Source of the DNA: Naegleria gruberi
Lineage: Eukaryota
Direction: 5' to 3' (one strand)
NCBI GenBank assembly: GCA_000004985.1
Contig: GG738856.1
Length of the DNA stretch: 64,000 nt
Positions 55,658 through 64,000 of this stretch are shown here, one piece after another. The translations under genes and the position numbers were made by a program. The notes under the pieces were generated by a model. It was not told where the DNA came from. It saw nothing but the letters and a program-made list of their open reading frames with translations, and made no database searches. How positions within the stretch are numbered: the stretch's first letter is position 1; each line of letters opens with the position of its first letter.

Positions 55658-58600
55658 TTATGATAAGGTAGATGATGGATTGAAAATATTGCCATTCGAT
55701 AATGAATCCACAAATGGGTCACTGAAGCTTCTATTAATTCTTTCGGATGTTGGAGTATATTGAGGTTGCTGAGCTTGGTTTACTGGCTTTCTAATTGGCA
55801 CAGGTTGAAGTTGTGGAACCATGCTGAAATTGGATAAGCTACCACCAGATACACCTTTTGGATCTTGTATCACTTTGGCTGGAGAAGTCAAGCTTTTTGG
55901 ATCAGGTTTTACAGAACCATTGTTAGTAGGTTGTTGGGTAGTGCTAACAATGAGTTGATGCTGGTGAACTTGAGAAAATATTGATTGTGGCTTATCCATA
56001 CTGAGGTTTTCTAAATTCTTACTGATGAGTGAAGTTAATTCATTATTGTCAGTTGGTTTAACTACCACGTTCACATTGACATTCAACTGACCAGCTGGCT
56101 TGGCAACTGGCTTGACTGGAGCTGTTGGTGATGCATTTGATGAAACTCCAATCTGATTTGGTGTTGTTGGAGTTGTTTTGATTCTGTCATCACTAATTGA
56201 GCTGGTAGTAGTTTGAATTGATGTACCAATAATTTTAAAGGAATTGTTTGAAGATTGTCTCAACTTATTTACAATAGTTGTGGCAGTAATTAATGAGGAA
56301 CCCTCTGATGGTAATTTAACCTCAGTGAGCTTGTTTTCCATATCATTAATTAGTCTGGCACTGAGATTTGACATTTGGTAAGGATTTACAATCTTCAAAT
56401 TACTATTATTTGAGACTGGATCAAATTGGAATGGTGTCATTTTGGTTTCGAGAGGAACGTTGAATTTTTTCATCAGCTCCATTTGCTCCTTTCTTTGTTT
56501 TGCCTTCAAAAGTTCCATTTCTTCATACTGTTTTTGTAATAATTGCTCCCATTGTGCTTCAAAATCATCAGACTTTACCGCAACATTTGATCTTGCATTG
56601 GTTGGACTTGTTCGTGTTGACTTGTTAGGTTGTGTTACATTTGTAGTTACAACATTCGTATTGTTAAGGGCAGGGCTGGATTGATTTCTTAAAAGAGGAG
56701 AGTTGGATTTCTGTTCAGGTGACTCCTTTTTAACAGCTTCACCAACCTTTTTTGTTTCCACAGTGAGGGGTTTTTCTGTCTTGGTAGAGTCAAAATTGTT
56801 TGAGAGGAGGGTAGGTGTTGTTGTTTTTGGGGATGGAGAAGTATTTGATGTTGAAGTTGTTGGAGAGGAAATGTTAGCTTGAGTATTATTATTGGTGGCA
56901 CTCTTATTCTGGTCAGTAGTAGCTACTCCAACACCATTCTGTGGTGTAGTGTTGATTGGTTTTGGAGGATTATTTGGTGTTTGTTTGATTTGTTGCTGAT
57001 TATTGACAGGTGTTGCACCATTTGTTTTTGGTGTGTTATTAGCTTGCTGAGGTGTCACTACTGGTTTGAGAGTTAATTCATTTGTCTTTGGAGTGGAAAG
57101 AGGAGGAAGCTTCTTATCAACAAATGGAGTTATTTCCTTAATAACTGGACCATTAAAAGGTGAAATTGGTTGTGGAACAACTGGACTTGAAAGGTTAATA
57201 ATTTCAGCTTCTCTCACTGGTGTACCCTTTGTTGGTGAATCGATAGGTTGATCCCTTTTGGTTGGAGTGGTTGACCTTTTTGGTGGTTCAATAATTACAG
57301 GAGTTTCTACAATTTCTAAAGATTTCTCTTTTGTAATTTCAGAAATGGATTTAACTGAAGTAGTTGGTTCTGTGTTTGAAGAAGAACTATCACTCTCAGC
57401 ACTACCCTTAGTTGTTAAGAAATCGAGCTTGGCCTTTGTTAGACAATCAGATAGTGCTTTTGATATCGAGTCAACGAATGATTCTGTGAGTGAAAGTTCA
57501 TTCACCATTTCTCGAGCAACTTCTATTGGGGTGTCTTTCTTCAAGTTGAAAGCAAATTTGATTTCCTTATATTTTTTGTTTCCGTCCACCTTAATATATA
57601 GCTTTGTATTAACAGAATATTTGTCATTAGTAGGATCATTTCCAAGAACAACTCTGACATCTTCTCGTTCTTCTTCTTCATCAGATGAAGATACTTCATT
57701 ATCCTCTTCCTCGATGCCAAAATAAAAGATTGTATCATTATTTGTAATATCAGTCATAAATCTATGATTCATCAATTCGGCTGCACTTGGACGTATATCC
57801 TTATGACAAATGCATAAATTAATAAATTCTTTCACGTCGGGATCTTTAACTCTTTCTATACCTTCTGGTTTAACACCAGATGTTACTCGTCTATATACTT
57901 GGGCAATACTGTTACATTCACTATAAGGATATTCACCAGTGACCATTTCCAAAACACAAAGGCCAAATGCATAAATATCAACCTTCTCGTTATAACGTTC
58001 CTCATAAAATTCTGGAGCCATAAATTCTGGTGTACCATTCACTGAAGTTGCAAACTTTTTATCTTTCATGCTTACTGAAAGACCCAAGTCTCCAATTTTA
58101 ACTTCTCCTCTACTGCCATTCATGAAAATATTATCACATTTCAAGTCTCTGTGAATGATCGAGTGGGCGTGAAGGTAACTCAGACCTTCTAACACTTGTT
58201 TACACCACTTTTTAATATTTCTCAATCTTACTTTCTTTGAATTTCTTATGAAACTAGATGGAAATTTGTTAAAATTTAAAAAAGAGCTAAATCACTTACT
58301 CTTTTAAGGTACCAGAACTCATTAATTCTGTAATAAATATTAAATAATCGTCTTCAGTTTCCCACGAATCATATATATTAATTATTGATGCATGTTTTAA
58401 TTGTCCAAGTATACTAATTTCCTGCATAATCTTTTTCTTTTGGTTTGGTGCAACACCAGCAAGTTTGATTTGATTCCAAGCGACTTCAATACCCTCTTCG
58501 GTATCATACGCCCTGTAGCTGTTTAGTGTTGGTGATGATGATTATTGAAAACATTAAATATATTATTACAATAATATTATACTTACACTGTCTTGAAGGC

Positions 58601-58666
58601 TCCGGAACCTAATAATTCCTTCTTCGAATACCTTCCTTTGGGATCAGTTTTAATTTCTTTCGACAT
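55658..58666 (-). CDS. WNK: WNK (with-no-lysine) protein kinase with a long S/T/P/N-rich C-terminal region. Three exons: 58666..58587, 58518..58300 and 58253..55658 (introns of 68 and 46 nt, donors GTAAGT).
   Basis: The spliced N-terminus MSKEIKTDPKGRYSKKELLGSGAFKT|VYRAYDTEEGIEVAWNQIKL...ITELMSSGTLK|DFIRNSKKV...IIHRDLKCDNIFMNGSRGEVKIGDLGLS...GTPEFMAPEFYEERYNEKVDIYAFG aligns to WNK1 throughout. WNK features include Cys in place of the beta3 Lys context and HRDLKCDNIF. A PF2/CCT-like segment follows the kinase domain. Confidence 0.8.
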
Positions 58667-59709
58667 GGTTAATAGTTGTTGTTATATAAAAATTGTTTGA
58701 TAGCACAGTTGATAAACTCTGCTTTCGCTGAGTTGATTGTTTGGTTGATATTGTTGTGTAATGTACCACAACAGAACAAGATGATAGTTTTTCCAGTTTG
58801 ATAAAATCCAATATTTGCCAGATGAGAGCCCAGATATCGAAAAGAAATCGAGTATACTATTATTAAAACTTCTCTTGTAGATTGAAGTGATGAACAGTGG
58901 TTCAATTTCTTGAAGAATGGATCTTTGAAGAGAATCCGAATAGAGTTTAATTGATGATGATTCGGTGTTTGTTTCTAGAGCCAATTTTGTGCAATAGATA
59001 TCTTCCAATTAAATCTCTAATGTTCCGTTTTGTGAGAGTAAAATTGATAATCAATCCAATTGATATTGTTGAATATTATATGTTCAATATAATTATTGTT
59101 GACTATTAGAAGGCCTTCCACAACTTTGTTCGTGGACACAAAAATCCGTGATGAGTTCGAGTTTTTTTCGAAATGAATGTCTTCTTCCCTTGTTCTTCAT
59201 CTCATCACAGTGCAAAATTCAAGCGGTAAATAAAACTGTAGAGAACAACCACAACGCTATGATTTGATGGCACAGGTTACCAAGCAAGAACATTGCCCAT
59301 CAAGCTTGGCGTTTAAAGGGAAACACAAGACCATTTGTATTAACACCTTGAGCGAAATTACAATTAATTGGATTGACAAGTAGTTGGCGGGAAACGAATC
59401 ATACACAAGCTAGGCTATTTCTTCTCAAATTGTTGTCTTTCTCAAATTCTTCCTTATGAAGAAGAGAATTCAGAGTTTAGTATGATGAGATGCAATAGTG
59501 AGACAATTCCAATGTGCACCTTCTCCTTCAAGCTCTTAATGGCGTTATTGAACAAGATGGTATTATTAGATAAAAATGTTACATGCTGGTAAATTGTTTG
59601 GTTCTAATGAATTCCAAAATCAACAACAACCAATAGAATCTTCTTCACCTCCCCCAAAATTTCATCAACAACAGAAAGAAGATTAACATCCCTTCTCTCC
59701 CATTTACAG

Positions 59710-60558
59710 TTGGTTGCTTCTCCTTTTGTTAGACATTCAACCAATGTTGTGCAATACTTTTCCAACAATAATAATAACAAAATAGTGGAAGATGTTAATG
59801 TAAATCATCACAAAATAATCAAGAAGGAAAACAAACAATTTAATAATTCAACACCAAATCAATCCGATAATACTCTCCTTCAAAATTTACTTTCAAAATC
59901 TTCATCATCAAAAAGAAAGAATTTGATTAATGATAACAACATCCAACAAACACCAACAATAGACAATCAAACATTGAATCAATTAGCAGATGCTTCAACA
60001 CGTTCCAAAACATCGGGTGCTGATGTATTATTGCAATTTTCACCTCTAGTTTCTGGCCAAATCAAACAAGCACAAGTTACTTATATTTCTCCTCATTCTG
60101 CTTCGGAATCTGCCGATTCAACTTCAATGCAAGCTGGAGTTTTATTGGTTGCTTCTACGAGAGCAGATTTGAGAAGAGCTTTTATTGAAAGATTGTGTCA
60201 AGCTGCTGTGGAAAGATCTGCATTGGTTTACTCTATTGCAACACAAGGTGGTGTCAATGTTTCAACAGATGGTGTTTACAAATTATCAACTCATCCAACA
60301 TTATCAAGAAGAGCCATTTTGAATGCATTATTGAGACATGGAGCTCACTTATTAGTGTTTGGTACAATCAGCACGAGAGATGATGTCATGTCTTTGATGG
60401 ATGCTGCCTATACAGGTTATCATTGTGTTGCTGAGATTTATGGTGAATCAGCTCATGACGTTCTTTCAAGATTGGAAGCTATTGGAGTTGATGTTTCAAT
60501 GTTACCTCAAAATTTGAGAATAGTTGTTCCAGCAAATACTACTTCATCTCTTACATAA
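59710..60558 (+). CDS. Protein whose C-terminal 170 aa resemble a CpaF/TadA/VirB11/GspE-family secretion-ATPase core with a degenerate Walker A; 5' exon(s) unresolved
   Basis: GVLLVASTRADLRRAFIERL sits where ILVSGGTGSGKTTLLNAL would be. LSRRAILNALLRHGAHLLVFGTISTRDDVMSLMDAAYTGYHCVAEIYGESAHDVLSRLEAIG aligns to the CpaF segment [57 protein letters not shown]. The N/S-rich N-terminus is eukaryote-like. The ORF begins just after a polypyrimidine-CAG acceptor-like site (59709); a candidate ATG sits at 59576 (aaaaATG). Confidence 0.45.
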   Translation: MVASPFVRHSTNVVQYFSNNNNNKIVEDVNVNHHKIIKKENKQFNNSTPNQSDNTLLQNLLSKSSSSKRKNLINDNNIQQTPTIDNQTLNQLADASTRSKTSGADVLLQFSPLVSGQIKQAQVTYISPHSASESADSTSMQAGVLLVASTRADLRRAFIERLCQAAVERSALVYSIATQGGVNVSTDGVYKLSTHPTLSRRAILNALLRHGAHLLVFGTISTRDDVMSLMDAAYTGYHCVAEIYGESAHDVLSRLEAIGVDVSMLPQNLRIVVPANTTSSLT

Positions 60559-60744
60559 TTTTATTGTAATGCAAAGTGTAATGGTGCTGTTCTGTAAGAG
60601 ATAACGTTGGATGGATTGGAGATAATTTTGTATTGTTGAAACATTATTAGAAAAACGCTTTAAAACGCTTAATAATTTTCATGATGAATAAAGTTATGAT
60701 AGAATAACAGAAAATATTTTTCCAAGGTAAGAATCCCAAAAGGT

Positions 60745-60818
60745 TACAGCGAGCGGGGCTTGAACCCGCGACCTTAAGCGTGTTAGGCTTACGATCTAAC
60801 CAACTGATCTATCGCTGC
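60745..60818 (-). tRNA. tRNA-Val (anticodon AAC)
   Basis: Reverse complement GCAGCGATAGATCAGTTGGTTAGATCGTAAGCCTAACACGCTTAAGGTCGCGGGTTCAAGCCCCGCTCGCTGTA folds as a cloverleaf with anticodon loop CTAACAC. There is a G1-U72 pair in the acceptor stem. Confidence 0.8.
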
Positions 60819-61023
60819 TTACACTGTTTTTATCCTTAATACATCGAGAGCCTTAATTTAGAGTTAGATGGTAGAGGTTTGAATTTAAAGGTTCGTATTC
60901 CATTCGAGTAGCCTTAATTAATAAAAAGAAGAATAATCTATTAAAATCTTTTAAGAGACACTAGTTAAAAATTGGTTAGAAACAGGTTCATAGTTCGTTA
61001 ATGAATAAGTTCAATTAAAAAAA

Positions 61024-62301
61024 ATGCTCAACAACATTTATGCTCTCATCACTGGCAATCCACTGCCATCATCAGATTCATTGCAATTAAATAATACGCC
61101 AGAGGATGAGGAAAAATCAAATCAATCGTGTCCACCGTCATTCTATGAAGAGAGTGGGATCTTTTTTAAAAGTTATGATTCTTTGGAATATTGTAAATAT
61201 TTGTATGATCCAAATCAATTCGTTGCACAATTTAAGAGTTGTTTAGAGGAAGAGAATTTTACCAAGTTGAGAAATTTGAGAATTCTTATTCAACATCAAA
61301 CAACTCATATATGTCGTACTAGAAAGTATAATTTCAGGCCAATTAAGGTGGAAGGTGAGGTTAAGAAGAAGAATGTTGAATTGAAAGAGCATGTATTAGT
61401 GAATGCTTCCATCAATAGTAAATATTATAGAAATGAATTATTGGATGTGAGTGATAAGGTTGGAAATCCAGAGAAGGATACTCAAGTTTTGGTTTTTAAC
61501 GGAGATTGCCTTGATATTGCATTCCATGTTCAAGATTTATTGATGAAGGAAGGTCAATTAGGAAAGGAACGAGTTGCGGTTTTGAATATGGCCAATCCCG
61601 AGCAACCAGGAGGAGGATACAAGACTGGGTGCGGGTAAGTTAGTAACTACTATTTCAATTAATTTAATTTAACCTTTAAAAGAGCTCAAGAAGAAAACTT
61701 ACATAGAAGATCAAACTTGTATCAATGTTTGGATAATCCAGTTGATAGAATCGATAAGAAAAGAACATGGTCCTATCCAATTGGTTATGAGAGTGGTGTC
61801 TTTAGCCCAGATGTAACTGTTTTTAGAGGTTGTGAGGCCAAGGGTTATCCACTCCTCTCAGCTCCAAGATTAATTGATGTTATCACCGCAGCAGCAGTTC
61901 CTAATTCTGCATACAATGATGGAAGTATCGATAATAGAAATATTGGATCCATTGAGGCAATATTGAAAATTGCAGTTCAACATAAGGTGAGAAATCTTGT
62001 TCTTTCAGCTTTGGGTTGTGGAGCTTTTAGAAATTCTCCAACAGCTATCGCTCAAGTTTTCAAGGAAAAGATTGAAAGCACTGAATTCAAAGGTCATTTT
62101 GATAGAGTTTTCTTTGCAATTATCGATGATCACAATGCAAAGAAAGTGCACAATCCAGATGGAAATATCAAACCATTCGTCCAAGTGTTTTCTAAATATT
62201 TGAAGGAGAGAGAAGATTTGCCACAACTCATTGGACAACAATTTGATTATGATTATGATAACATGGCATTAGAATATCATGAATTCTATGCAAATCTCTA
62301 A
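61024..62301 (+). CDS. Macro-domain protein of the bacterial-type PARG family (TIGR02452/DUF2263). Two exons: 61024..61634 and 61683..62301 (48-nt GTAAGT intron).
   Basis: The spliced signature VAVLNMANPEQPGGGYKTGCG|GAQEENLHRRSNLYQCL matches the conserved VLNxANxxxPGGGxxxGAxAQEExLCRxSxLY motif. The C-terminal LSALGCGAFRNSP and FDRVFFAII blocks also match. Exon phases are consistent. Confidence 0.75.
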
Positions 62302-62563
62302 ATATGATACTTATTTTTGTAATAAAACAATGGATAAGAATAGAATCGTAACATAAAATTATGAATCCATATTTTTCAAATAAAAAAAATGAAAAGTGAA
62401 AAAAATATGGTAAAAAATAGGTCTCAATCAGAGGTTATTTTCTAAAGAAATACTTGTCATTACTTGCTGAAATTTGAGACGTATCTACACATAGTTGTAT
62501 TCTATCTACTATAAAAAAATAGCAATTTATCATAAAAAGATGAAGAAACTAAAATATATTTTC

Positions 62564-62634
62564 TGCGTCGACCGGGAATTGAACCCGGGTCACGGCGATG
62601 GCAACGCCGTATTCTACCACTAAACCATCGACGC
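62564..62634 (-). tRNA. tRNA-Gly (anticodon GCC)
   Basis: Reverse complement GCGTCGATGGTTTAGTGGTAGAATACGGCGTTGCCATCGCCGTGACCCGGGTTCAATTCCCGGTCGACGCA is a near-canonical eukaryotic tRNA-Gly(GCC). Confidence 0.9.
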
Positions 62635-62961
62635 TTCACATTTATCACCTCAAAATTGTATATCTGAACATAAACCATATTATCTGTTTAACTCTTCATC
62701 CGTTACAAACTGAAACAAAGGATGTTTGATACATGCATTCTCCTCTTACACCTCATCGTTATCATGAACCAAAGGATATCCAAGAATCATCTTCTCCATC
62801 ACCATTTCAAGCAGTGCCCACAAGCGCTCAACGGCTTGCAAAAAAATCAACAATTTTGAAACATCACAAATTTTCAATTATCAAATTCTTTGGCCGCCGA
62901 ACACAACAAGTAACAAAGGAAGAAATTAATATATAATTATTTAAATTGTTAACAAAGAGAA

Positions 62962-64000
62962 ATGAAACACATTCCACATTTAAAACCAGGCCAATGCCAT
63001 GAAAATGATAAAGCCGAAGTTGTTCTTTTACATGAACCAGGATTAGAAGCCTTGTTAGGATCACTTCATGCTTCCGGTTCATTGTTTGAAAAACCAGTTA
63101 ATTTGCAATTAGCTAGAAAAAATCATCAAGGTTTTAAAGAAGCCCTGAGAAGACACGGAGTTAAAGTTATGGATGTTAGAGATATTTTGGCAATGAATTG
63201 TGAGCATTCTTTGAAATGCAGAGTTGAATTGGAAGAATTAGCTTTAAAGTGTATGAAATATGTTTGTGATGATGGTGATGATGAAGCAACAACAGATTTT
63301 AATGATTTAACATCAATTCAAAAGTATTTATTAACTGATGATTATAAGAGAGAATGTTTATCAACAATGGGTGTTAATGATTTAATTGATATCATCTTGT
63401 TGGGTCCAACTGTTAGATTGGTTCCTTCATCAACAAATACTCCAATGAGATTGGAAAGATTAGGTATGAGACCTCTTCTTAACTTGACCTTTACTCGGGA
63501 CCAACAAATTGTCACCAATAGAGGTCTTGTTATTTGTCGTATGGGAAGTTTGCAAAGACATCAAGAAACTAAAATTTTGAAATTCTGTTTTGAAAAGTTG
63601 GGATATGAAATTTTGGGAGAAATTAAAGAGCCAGGTATTATTGAAGGAGGTGACTTTTTGGTTGGTGGTGCTGATATCTGTTATATTGGTGAAGGTTTGA
63701 GAACTAATCCAGATGCCATTCGTCAAATGCTTGATAATGATTGGTTTGGAACTAGACGTGTTGCTGTCGTTCATGATTACTTTGATTGTGATCAACAAAG
63801 AATGCACTTGGATACCTTCTTTAACATTTGTTCACACAATTGTTGTGTCATGCTTGAAACTGTTATGGGAGAAAACTCTCCACTCAGACGTTTGGTTACT
63901 GAATATACCAAGAATGAACAAGGAAAGTATGAAGTGACTCGTTTCAATGTTGAATTTTCCAAATATATTAAGGAAGAAGGTTATCATATTATCTCAGTTA
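62962..64000 (+). CDS. Arginine deiminase-like (guanidino-group-modifying / amidinotransferase-fold enzyme), 5'-complete but truncated by the window end
   Basis: The frame is open from the ATG at 62962 to the window edge; it is absent from the ORF track because no stop is reached. It has the ADI motifs VLLHEPGLE (LHRPGxE), NLTFTRD, EGGDFLVGG and MHLDTFFN. Confidence 0.65.
   Translation, partial: MKHIPHLKPGQCHENDKAEVVLLHEPGLEALLGSLHASGSLFEKPVNLQLARKNHQGFKEALRRHGVKVMDVRDILAMNCEHSLKCRVELEELALKCMKYVCDDGDDEATTDFNDLTSIQKYLLTDDYKRECLSTMGVNDLIDIILLGPTVRLVPSSTNTPMRLERLGMRPLLNLTFTRDQQIVTNRGLVICRMGSLQRHQETKILKFCFEKLGYEILGEIKEPGIIEGGDFLVGGADICYIGEGLRTNPDAIRQMLDNDWFGTRRVAVVHDYFDCDQQRMHLDTFFNICSHNCCVMLETVMGENSPLRRLVTEYTKNEQGKYEVTRFNVEFSKYIKEEGYHIISV

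Noticed and set aside
62733-62936. 67-aa ORF just upstream of the arginine deiminase gene
   Set aside because: It is short, has no homology or start context, and is more likely 5' UTR or uORF sequence.
1-64000. Prokaryotic-style features: operons, RBS, CRISPR, integrons
   Set aside because: The sequence is clearly eukaryotic (spliceosomal introns, pol III 5S and tRNA genes, eukaryote-specific proteins). No direct-repeat/spacer arrays were seen.

Overview
This is eukaryotic nuclear DNA, not prokaryotic. It is AT-rich (roughly one-third GC by eye). Genes sit on both strands with short spliceosomal introns of 38-68 nt whose donors are mostly GTAAGT or GTATGT. Many proteins have N/Q/S/T-rich low-complexity tracts, and an A-rich run (aaaaaATG) precedes most start codons. 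Axonemal outer-arm dynein genes (DNAI2, a CCDC63/114-like docking-complex coiled coil) indicate a flagellated protist. A heterolobosean (Naegleria-like) origin is my inference only.

I can support about 40 protein-coding genes, three tRNAs (Lys-CUU, Val-AAC, Gly-GCC) and three dispersed 5S rRNA genes. Confidently recognised products: ALKBH6, VAMP7, UPF3, BRE1, MED14, DNAI2, PSMD5, NATD1, a WNK kinase, an AGC kinase, a formin, a PPR protein and an arginine deiminase that runs off the 3' edge. Several ORFs in the supplied track are exons of one gene separated by short introns; I joined them by hand from GT..AG boundaries and reading-frame phase. Track ORFs that begin with M at TTG or GTG are not real starts.

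The most unusual content is at 59.6-64 kb. It holds a bacterial secretion-ATPase-like (CpaF/TadA/VirB11 family) domain with a destroyed P-loop inside a eukaryotic-looking gene. Next to it are a bacterial-type PARG macrodomain gene that carries a spliceosomal intron and a bacterial-type arginine deiminase, with two tRNA genes between them.

Other oddities: an F-box fused to a Rho-family GTPase, a PTEN-like formin, a DNAI2 gene with an internal frameshift, a ribosomal-stalk P1-like domain fused to a novel N-terminus, and an inverted 5S pair flanking an F-box gene.

No CRISPR arrays, operons or recognisable transposons were seen.
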